Assembly: GCF_003918875.1 (NCBI RefSeq)
Contig: NW_025767301.1
Coordinates: 3,596,001 to 3,660,000, forward strand
Source of the DNA: Haliotis rubra
Lineage: Eukaryota
Direction: 5' to 3'
DNA: 64,000 nucleotides
The notes beneath the pieces were generated by a model that worked only from the letters and a program-made list of their open reading frames with translations, was not told the DNA's origin and ran no database searches. The position numbers were made by a program, and so were the translations under genes. Numbering within the stretch: position 1 is the stretch's first letter; every line of letters starts with the position of its first letter. This document shows positions 53,773 through 64,000 of the stretch, in pieces.

Positions 53773-54151
53773 TCTCCTTGTCTTCAATCAGTGCTCTGTT
53801 TTCACCAATCACATTGCAACATTCAGTTTGTACTGAAAAACAACCTGTTGTTCTAGATTTCAAGTCCATGAATGACTGCTGTGTTTATTGTTCGCTTTGA
53901 ATCAAGTTGTCCTAATCCTATAACAAAGGATACAACTTTATGGATAACAACTTCTTGTATATTGCATGGAGAGATGTTTCAGGGTAGATTCTTACACAAT
54001 TAAAAGTCCTCAATCCTGGAGAAAACGACAGTAATTAGAAGGATAATTTTGCCATGATTATTGTTTAATATTCTGTGGTTTTCATCCCAGTCAACTACAA
54101 TGGCTGCTGAAAAGTGCTGTAACATTAGATAACCTGTTATCAAGATCCAAA

Positions 54152-54285
54152 TGAGTGAGTGAGTGAGCTTTAAGCAGTATTCCAGCAGTATCACGGCGGG
54201 GACACCAGAAATGGGCTTCACACATTGTACCCATTTGGGGAATCGATCAGGGGCCTTTAGCTTGACGAGCCCCTTTAACTAGCCT
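54152..54285 (-). mobile_element. SINE family A
   Basis: Matches the other copies. Confidence 0.75.
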
Positions 54286-54644
54286 CAATGGGTGAGTGGG
54301 CGAGTGAGAGAGTGGGTGAAGTAAGTGAGTGAGTGAGGAGTGAGTGAGCGAGCGAGCAAGCATCCGGTGATGAGGTGTGAGCTTGCTGACAGTGAGTCTA
54401 GCCTTGATTACTTACGTCCATGTTATAACATGGCTATTATGACTATAATGTAAAACAACTTTCACTTATTCACTCACAATTCATAATATTTTCACATCAT
54501 GGCAACAATCAATGACATGAGACTAAAATATTTTAACACAAGTGAGTGAAGAGTGATTGAGTGAGTGAACATCTGGTGGTGACATGTCTGTTGATACTCT
54601 CGGTGGCAATATACGATGTAACAAACAAGCTGTGCAATACATAC

Positions 54645-54650
54645 TTTATT
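54645..54650 (-). terminator. Candidate poly(A) signal of the minus-strand gene
   Basis: TTTATT on + strand, about 1.1 kb past the stop codon. Confidence 0.35.
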
Positions 54651-55761
54651 TACATATCACAGCGGAGTACTGAAATGTTTATACATACGGATAGCACAGA
54701 TTAAATACATATAGACATCACAGCTCTTATCTATAACACATCCTATCTTTAGATTTACACTTCAAATTATCACAAGTGCTGATTCAAAATGACTTAATTT
54801 ACACATTTGTAAAACAAATCTCTCTTCGTGGGGTCTTGACATTGTCAGCCTTGACTTACATTTGCTTTTGTATAAAACTTAAACCGTCAACACAGGATTC
54901 TGTCCTCTATTATCACTGCTCTCATTAAAGACACTGACTCAGCATTAAAACTGTTTACAATGTCGCAATGACAAATAAGCATGAGCAGTGTTAAAGGCTG
55001 GAAAACTGATAAGGTATGCCATTCTGAATAATATTACATTAAATCATCAAAGGACAGGTCTAGGACAAAGATGTGCTTTACAAAAATTGGAAAATATATA
55101 CAAAAAAACATTCCTGATATTATGTCTGTACTGAAGTTCATCACACCTACTTAACACCATAACAGATATGTACTACTCAAAAGTTAAGGTAGGAACACCC
55201 AATCTTTACTATGACTGTAGTTAATATGTCATGGCTGGTGGGTATTGCAACACTCAGTCTTCATTTTCTTGTTTTGAGCAGTGTAAATAAATATGAATAT
55301 ATCCTTCTACCAACACAGTGTTACTTCAAACTTTGGTCATCAAAACTGTATTGCATCTGGTTCAACAAACTTAAAACTGATCAGTCAAGTAAACCATCTG
55401 TTTCTTTTCACCACATATTGATTTTAGAAAAACATTTCCCAAATATTTCTATACATCAGCTGTCATCAAAATAAAATATATCAATGTATTTCTTTTCAAA
55501 ATATATTGAATTAACAGAATGTCCAAACAATTTAACTAATACATCAATATATATTTTAAGAAGTGAAACAGCTGCTATTCAAATTACCCAATGAAATGTT
55601 CGCATTCATTAACCCAAACTTGAGAACTATATTGGATCAATGTCTCCAAAAGCCAACATCAGCACATGATATTAGCTGACCAGCAACAGCAGCATGTATA
55701 AACAACAATGATGTGTGATTGATGTTATGTTACAGTGACACATGGTTTGGTGGATGTTGCT

Positions 55762-55902
55762 TCACACCATCCCTGGTTTGGCGTACATGGGAAGGTGGTA
55801 GTAGTTGTAGCTGATGAAGCTGAGGAGGCGTGTCTCCACGGCCCGCTTCGCTCCGGTGCCAGCGTACGCCTCCAGCAGCTCCCGGAGCTGGGTCTTGGAC
55901 AT
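55762..55902 (-). CDS. Terminal coding exon of an unidentified gene: MSKTQLRELLEAYAGTGAKRAVETRLLSFISYNYYHLPMYAKPGMV*
   Basis: Acceptor tgtttgcag, phase 0, strongly GC3-biased codons, ends in TGA. AT-rich 3'UTR-like region follows, with a minus-strand AATAAA at 54645-54650. Confidence 0.8.
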   Translation of the reverse strand: MSKTQLRELLEAYAGTGAKRAVETRLLSFISYNYYHLPMYAKPGMV

Positions 55903-55977
55903 CTGCAAACACAACATGGTAAATGTTAATGAACCAAAGAATATGGTAGAATTAAGAAACACAAATTACAACTTGTT

Positions 55978-57361
55978 CGCGGTATTTATCAAAGAAAAGG
56001 GGAAAACTATGCCTTATTTGTAGATTTCTCAAAAGCTTTTGATCTAGTGAATAGGTCAAAATTATGGATGGGTTTGATAAAGAGAGGTTTTTTTCCAAAA
56101 ATGTTAAACGGTGTACAAGCTATATACAATCGCAACAATTACCAGTTAATAGTTAATTTGGATAAGACTAAAGTGGTTGTTTTCAAAAATGGGGGTATTC
56201 TCTCGAGAAGGGAAAGATGGTATTATAGAGGAAAACGTCTCGAGTGCGTGCCATTCAATAAATATTTGGGTATTACTTTTACTAAAACATTGTCGTGGGA
56301 TAAACATACTAAAAGTGCAGCTGCCCTGGCTAGAAAAGTTCTGTTAGGCATATTAAGGACATTACATAGATTTAAACCAATTCTGTTTGAATTATTTTTC
56401 AGGATATTTGACACCAAAATTATGCCTATTTTACTCTATGGGTATGAGGGATGGGGGTTAGATAGTGTAACAAATATAGAAACCATTCATATGTTTGCAT
56501 GTAAACGCTTCCTTGGAGTGAAGACATTGACACCAACTTACACAGTACTGGGTGAATGTGGTAGATACCCTTTGAATATTTTTGCATTTAAACGTTCCAT
56601 AAAATTACGGATTAGATTGTTATATATGCCTAATGTAAGATATCCATAGAAGTGTTATAACATGCTTTTACAAGCAGCTAATAATAGTAAAAATAATTGG
56701 GTTTCCAAATTGAAGTACTTATTGTTTCGACTTGGATTTGGCTATATATGGGAGTCACAAACAATAATTAGTAAAGAATCTTTTATTGCGGAAGTTATGG
56801 CAAGATTAAAATGTTCGTTTGAACAGGACTGGCACTCTTCTCTTTTCCGCAGTTCTAAAACTAGAAATAATACTTTCTTTAAAGGTACCTTTGGAACGGA
56901 GTTATATCTCAAAAGACTAACAATTGCAAAATTCCGTGTGGCCATGGCACAATTTCGTTGCAGTTCCCATGGACTCAAAATAGAAACAGGCAGATATGTT
57001 AATACTCCTGTAGATAAGAGGGTGTGCACTGTGTGTAAAGAAGGCTACATCGAAGATGAATATCAGATTTGATGGCTTGTGTTCGGTATAAAACACTGTG
57101 TGAGAGGTATATACCTACTAAATTTATATCATACCCGACGCCTGATAAATTTAACATGCTTTTGGGATCAACTGATGTTAATGTCGTTAGAAAGCTGGCC
57201 ATGTATATCCATTATGCAAACTGTTTCAGAATAACCTGCTGATTAATTATTATTCTCTCTCTATATATATATATCGTCATATACATTATATGCTGACTGA
57301 CCACAGGTATGTATGAACATGGGCCGGAGGCCTACATTCTTCATGAATAAAGATGTCTACG
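55978..57361 (+). mobile_element. RTE-X-like LINE, 5'-truncated and internally deleted
   Basis: Motifs FVDFSKAFD, NLDKTKVVVF, KYLG, PILLYG.E.WG, LGECGRYPL, FRCSSHGLKIETGRY..C..C..EDE. AATAAA at 57346; TSD ACAACTTGTT at 55968-55977 and 57362-57371. Confidence 0.85.
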
Positions 57362-58009
57362 ACAACTTGTTTGCTTGAATCAACAGACCATGATGATGGG
57401 TAAATATTATGACAGACACAGTGTCACGACTGATTACAAAAGTTACATGAAAGAAGAGTTCTCTATCTTCTTTTTAGTAGTATATATTAATAAATACTTA
57501 TAAGGAGACCTGCCATGACAGATTACAGCGATATGACAGAATGGGGCGATCCTTAGTAACTTATGTTTAGTTCTATAAATGGTAGAATGTCTTATCATAT
57601 AATTATTTCAGATACCTTTTTATGACACATATATAAATATTGCAGAAATTTCTCATGATGACACAAGAAGGATGAATTGATGCAGATGGGTACTAATTTG
57701 TTATGAAATCTTCAACATAGGTCAAACAAAATCTTTAAAAAAATGGTGTGGCAAATGTCTACTTGCAATTATATTCCCAGTACATTTTCTGACTGCTGAG
57801 CTGGCAATCAGTTGGGGAATAGTCTAAGTGAGTTAGGTTTCACACTGATTTGAACAGTATTAGCAATCAGCCTATTTATCTTATACAAGTTCTAAATAAT
57901 GTTTATATAATATCTCACCACGGTACACTGACAGGCGTCATGAGTTTGCCAAATAATTGCAAAATGAAATATCCTTTGTCTCAAACAAACGACATGATTA
58001 TAAAACTTG

Positions 58010-58250
58010 TTTCTTTTGTTTGTAGTTTAACACCAAACACAGCAATATTTCAGCTATATGGCGGCGGTTTGTAAATAATCGAGTCTGGATAAGATAATCC
58101 AGTGATCAACAGCATGAAAATCAGTCTATGCAACTGGGATACGATGACATGTGTCAACCAAGTCAGCAAACATGCCCACCAAATCCCAGTCACCTCTTTC
58201 GACAAGCATGGGTTGCTGATAACCAATTCTAACCCAGAACATCACAGGTG
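58010..58250 (-). mobile_element. SINE family B
   Basis: Near full-length match. Confidence 0.8.
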
Positions 58251-59294
58251 TTTAACAACGTAACAAAATGACATAACATCCACATGTTTCAGAATCAGAT
58301 GCTTCTACATCAGTTTTCCATGAACATCAAACATACACCTCTTGGTGTGGAGGATAGTATACAGAAACAGTCTAAAGACACATGTTCAATTTCTCATAAC
58401 ATTTAGCAAAATGGCAACAAAAATAAGAAAAATAGGTAGTTCAGGGTATTTAAGCATTGAAAATACTGTCGTCACATGAGCTCTAATCTAACTTGATGGT
58501 TTATGATGTGGACATGAGCACAAGAACACAACTTGATTTTCAAGATTAAGTTAGTTGATAATGCATTTCAAGTGTGTTTTAGTACTCTTATTACAATGCT
58601 TACTAAGTATATCTTCCTATCTTAAAACCAGTATTGTAATACTGAGTACATATAGCTTGAGGCAATATCCACCACTTCAACAGTAGTATCGGAACAATCG
58701 CCATCTATAAATGTTGCAGCCACACAGGACACGTCCCAGGTGGGGTCCCCTGCAGAATACCCCACATCAATATTTGGCAACAATAAAACCAATATAACCC
58801 CAAGCCTTAGATAGCCAATGACTATTCATGTTTCATACAAAGCAACGCTGCTCTATATCAATCTGGGGTGAAGAACAAACCTGAATATAGATTGAGCACT
58901 TGCTGATTGAACTATTAGTGATGTTTTAATCTGGGATCTCCAAACAACACAGCAAACACGAGAGCACTGGACGACTAGTGTTGTGTTACAACTCTCACCA
59001 CAACTGATACTGCAAGCACTCCATGTATGGACGTGTTGATTGAGACATCCACTTATACGACGCTGCTACGTAGAGTGGGACCCTTTGTTTGATGTCTAGA
59101 ACTGGAATAGTTTAGCTAGCTAGACATTTATGTTTGCATCTGGAGGTTTGGGGATGATGATGACTGCAAATTCCCTGAATATTTCTTCAAACAAACTGCA
59201 TCATGAATACTAGAACTATGTTCTAAATATTGGTCCAGATGTACAGAAAATGACAACTGAATTTGTAATTAGTGTATCTTCATTGAGTATTATA

Positions 59295-59459
59295 TATACT
59301 TATTAAAACGAATAAGGGAACACATGAAAGTACAAGTGTTCCTTTATTCTTTTCCAGGTTTCTTCACAAGCTTTGTATTGCACTGTGGGTGAAATTCTGG
59401 AAAAGAATAAATGAACACCTGTACTTTCATGTGTTCCCTTATTCGTTTCCATGGGTATA
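59295..59459. mobile_element. Palindromic MITE (Tc1/mariner-like, TA ends)
   Basis: Near-perfect inverted arms of about 60 bp. Confidence 0.8.
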
Positions 59460-61894
59460 TCTGCACACCCATTCACTCTGTTTTATGTGAATGACATGAT
59501 GCTAGATATATTTCATGGGCAAGAGGCGAGTTCAACCACACAATTCTAAATGACACTGTCACCATGGTAATCAAATAATCATGCCATGTACAGTTCTGGA
59601 ACACAAGGAACTCTGGGAAATGGGTCAAACAATGTTGCAAGGCAGGGCATTTTCCTGGACAAGGTGAGTCCACTGAACTGTATTTTTGTCCTTGCAGGGG
59701 ATGTTGGAGCAAATAGCAGTTATGCCTCAGGAACTGAGGGATGTACATTCTGGCAATAATGAGAAGCCCTGGTTGGAAGACAGGAACCAGTTCTCTGACA
59801 AACACAACCTACATTTCAGGTTCTGGCTCAAAGAAAACAGAATTTACAGTTTCCAAAACATAGCTTGACACTGCAGCTCACCTGGCCATCAACGTCTAAA
59901 ATTTCTTACAAAACCCCCTTCATGGTGGTCCCAGGACAATGTTGCTGCCTATTGCAAAGACGGCTTCTATACTGAAGCTCTGATCAGACCATTTTCAGAG
60001 GTAAATTTAACATTGCTGAAGAGCTGCAATATATTTAAATATATTTTCCAACAAACACAGGTATAGTCCTCACGATACACAAAGTGTGATCATTAGGTGA
60101 ATGTGGGATGCAACTCTACATAAGGTCAAGGATAAGGGTTCCTTATGGGTCCACTGGAAATTTTATAGTAATGGACACATTTAAACAGTTGGTATGAAAG
60201 CTAACACACTCACTAGTCTGACAAGTGACCTCTGTATTCTTACAGGCATTAACAAGTTACAGTATCAAACAGTTCAAATTAGTGAAAAGGACATTGGTAA
60301 ACAAATCAATTTACCATATTTTTATCAAGAGACAAAATTCAGTTTCATGTGAATTCTCTCTAATTCTCTTACATACACCCAGCAACAATTTTGAATGTTT
60401 TTTGCTATTTTTTAAATTACAGATATTCTGTGGGTTAGAAAGGAAGAGGGCCTTATCATATATCATTTTAAAAAATTAAACATTTAAACCTTTTATAGAT
60501 TAAGTACAGCATGACAGACTACTAAGGTGTGCTAGAAATAATCAGAATTCTGTTTTCAGATGCTTGCTACCACACCTAAAGGAAAGAAGTGTAGTTTTCT
60601 TTCAAGAGCACTGGGCAAATAAAAGACTATTATCCAAACTACTTGATTATATAGATAGTTGACAGTAAGGAGGGCTTCTGTTGAACATCCAAAGACTATT
60701 ACATGTTGATGACAGCCAAAATACTGGATTATTGTACTGATGTAATTTGGTAGCATATTCACACAAATCAAAACCATCTAATATGTTTTAATCTGCCATT
60801 CCCTCCAGTGATGAAATAATACTCCTACTAAACTAAGTGTTTCATCAACTATGCACTGTATGACAACCTTACTATCAGGTCACAGATCCCACTGACGCCA
60901 GTGTTACATATTACATCCTTACATACATGTATAATATTACACATCCTGATTGCATGTCCCTATATTGTTAGTACTCTGTATCACTTTAGAAACATGAGTC
61001 TTAAGCTTATCACTACAAAATGAAAAATGAATGAGTGTTTTTTTCGTATACTATTACCTTCTGATACAGCATGGAAATCATAACATTAGTTGTTTAATAG
61101 GTACATTAAATGATAACAGATGCAGCGAAACCTCATGAAACCTCAATGAAACCACACATTGTTCCGAAACCCTTCTCCCTTGACACTGCTGTACACAAAG
61201 TGAAATTACTTCAAATGCACAATTCATTGATTCAGAAAGTCATGGTATTTCTTAAATTACCTTAATTTAGTCTCTGTAATATTCAGTTTCAATACAAGTA
61301 AGTTAGTTCATATTTTTACATTTTTCTGCTACAGAAAAAAATCCGACAATGTCATGAATCCATCATTAGTAGACAATTAAGCCAACTTCTTGTCATCCAA
61401 GATGACAATCTACTTTGAAGGAACTCCAAAACCTTTCATCAACAGATAAGATTTCCAACTAGGTCAATACACATTTGTCTTTGTGCTTTCCTCCACGGAT
61501 CTACTTAACCTTCTGACTGTATATCATCAGGCGCTATCTCACTGTGGTCTTGTTACAGATAGCATCTTAATGTGGAGACCATGTCATTAGCAGTCAATCA
61601 CACACTCATCACTGTCACATTGTCAATAACCTGCTTGATTTAGCACATAATGAAGACATATTTGTACGCAAGACAGGAATGATTTTGGGCTTCGATAAAT
61701 TAATATTTATGACAAAATATCATAAACATTTGTTTTATGGGTATGAATTAGGCATGGCAGGGTGAATTATGTGTTGCTGGTGCTTGTTGATAGGGAGTAT
61801 TATCACCTAACAACATAACTGCCTGCTAGTCTACTCGGGACAGAACATCCTTATTCCTTGGACGTTTTGGTAAAAGATCCTTATCAGTAGGTTG

Positions 61895-62290
61895 GAAATA
61901 TATCTAAAGTATACTAATATGTCTTGATCTCTTAACTTATCTGAACATCTTGAGCTGAGCTTACCTGGATATGTCTCAGTTTGAACTATCCTGAATGTTC
62001 AGGTCAAACTTATCAGAATATGCCTCGATTTGAGTGAGTGAGTGAGTGAGTTTGGTTTTACACCGCTTTTAGCAATATTCCAGCAACATCACGGCGGGGG
62101 ACACCAGAAATGGGCTTCACACATTGTACCCAAGTGGGGAATCGAACCCGGGTCTTCGGCATGACAAGCGCCTCGATTTGAACCTGGCTAAATGTTTTGC
62201 TCTGAAGTTACTTCAATATATCTGAACTTACTTGAATGTGTTTTGGTCTGAACTGATGTGAATACACATTGATCTGATCTTATCACAATA
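61895..62290. repeat. Degenerate short tandem repeat interrupted by a SINE
   Basis: GAACTTATCTGAATATGTCT-like units on both sides of the SINE. Confidence 0.5.
62033..62169 (-). mobile_element. 5'-truncated SINE family A
   Basis: TSD GCCTCGATTTGA; (TGAG)n tail. Confidence 0.88.
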
Positions 62291-63097
62291 GCAGCATTAT
62301 CTAGGTTCAAGTCAAGTATTATATATTTATATTTCATCCATCCATACTAATGCAACCAAGAAACCTCTTGAACAGTTCATTTAACTGTTTGGANNNNNNN
62401 NNNNNNNNNNNNNNNNNNNNNNNNNNNNNNNNNNNNNNNNNNNNNNNNNNNNNNNNNNNNNNNNNNNNNNNNNNNNNNNNNNNNNNNNNNNNNNNNNNNN
62501 NNNNNNNNNNNNNNNNNNNNNNNNNNNNNNGAGTTAAAAAGTTATTCATTAAAGGGCCAGTGGCCCATCATGGAAAGCACATATCACACTGAATTACACT
62601 AGATCTTCTATGTTACAACATTGGGTTACATAAATATAAAATGGTCAAACCACTTTACAATATGCCAGGTTCTGCAAATGCTTAACTCTGCAGGCTACGC
62701 TGGAGGATGCTGGCTACAATCTGTTACATACAGTTAAGCCTTGTCCATACTGGTGAAATACTTCATTATTACAAACTTAGCCATGCTATATTTAATTGCA
62801 GTAACACATTATCCACTTCACAAGGATTTATTACAAGAGTAGGTATCAATATCAAGCATGAAGCCTGATGCACTCTGACAACTTTTAATACAGCTTAAAA
62901 AAACAAAATGTTGACTCGATGATTTACTATAGTTGTAACACTATGGTATATTTCTTTCTACAAGCCAGGCCGAATGAGTACACCTATCACGATGATTATG
63001 TATGTACGTTTGTGTGTTTGTGTGTGTGTGCGTGTGCATGTGCATGTGCATGCATGTGTGTCTGTGTGTATGTGTGCGTCTCCTTGCGTTTGTGTGT

Positions 63098-63265
63098 ATT
63101 TATTGTCTTAATACCATGTTCAGCAACATTTCAACTCTCTGACAGCGGCCTGGAAATGATTGAGTCTGGCCCCGACAATCCAGTGGTCGATATCATGAGC
63201 AACGATCCACACCATCAGGGTACAAAGACATATAATCAAGATGTGAGCCTGACCACCCAATCCAT
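63098..63265 (-). mobile_element. Degenerate SINE family B
   Basis: GAGTCTGGCCCGACAATCCAGTG..GAGCCTGACCACCC. Confidence 0.6.
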
Positions 63266-63494
63266 TCAGTCAAGACGTCTTTCTCTAGAAAGTGTAAGTT
63301 TCTGTATTGCAAGAATTACAAAATATTACACAAAAATTCACCTGTATGAGCTGTCATTTCCCAACTCAAACAGTTTATCGGTAACAGATTCTCTTCAAAC
63401 ACGGTCTAAAGACAGTTCTCCATCATCAAGCAAACCTTTTTCTGTATCAACATGGTGATAGGACTTAAATTCTCAAAGACAGGAATTTACTCAC

Positions 63495-63554
63495 GGATAT
63501 TTCATCGTCCACCACCATTCGGACCTTCTCCTCCAGGGCTTCCAGTGCTTCTTC
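63495..63554 (-). CDS. Internal 60-nt exon EEALEALEEKVRMVVDDEIS, probably spliced to 55902
   Basis: tgtttgcag acceptor, GTGAGT donor, phase 0-0, in frame with the terminal exon. Confidence 0.75.
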
Positions 63555-63662
63555 CTGCAAACACATGTAACACAGGAGTGAGTGAATGAATGTTGTTTTA
63601 GGCCACTATTCCAGTTATGTCAGCCAGGGTCCCAATCAACAAAATGTTCTTAACTTTATGAC

Positions 63663-63831
63663 TGACTGACTGACTGAGTTTGGTTTTACGCCGCTTTTAG
63701 CAATATTCCAGCAACGTCACGGCAGGGGACACCAGAAATGGGCTTCACACATTGTACCCATGTGGGGATTCGAACCCGGGTCTTCGGCGTGATGAGCCAA
63801 CGCTTTAACCATTAGGCTACCCCACCGCCCC
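63663..63831 (-). mobile_element. Full-length young SINE family A
   Basis: TSD CTTAACTTTATGAC. Confidence 0.9.
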
Positions 63832-64000
63832 CTTAACTTTATGACCTATATTAACTCTATACTATATCATTACGAATGACATAGTGCTACAATGCTTTGT
63901 GGATTGGGTTCCCGACAACTGTAATTAATCTGGTCGAGGAGAACCATTAGTGGGTGCCGATAGTCATGGTGTCAGGAGAAAGATCACAATCTGTTACCTG

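Noticed and set aside
58650-58750. Extra exon of the minus-strand gene
   Set aside because: The only open frame is phase-incompatible with the flanking phase-0 exons and the donor is weak; possibly TE debris

Overview
Eukaryotic animal genomic DNA: AT-rich, with N-gaps, spliceosomal introns and dense tRNA-derived SINEs. The SINE domains suggest a gastropod mollusc, possibly abalone, but this is an inference. Two host genes are supported. One is an intact single-exon RING/TRAF-type zinc-finger E3 ligase CDS (36739-37728, +) whose C-terminal domain I cannot name. The other is the last two coding exons of an unidentified minus-strand gene (63495-63554, 55762-55902). The rest is mostly mobile and repetitive DNA: a decayed CR1-group LINE with TSDs, RTE-X-like and R4/Dong-like LINE remnants, Tc1, MULE and Gypsy-gag fragments, three SINE families, several MITEs and about ten tandem arrays. 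The most unusual structure is a short TIR element with a 5-bp TSD (31704-33420) that encloses a 1.65-kb copy of a TTAGGG-containing 62-bp satellite plus its unique flank, whose other copy lies about 5 kb upstream. No CRISPR array, rRNA or true tRNA gene was seen.
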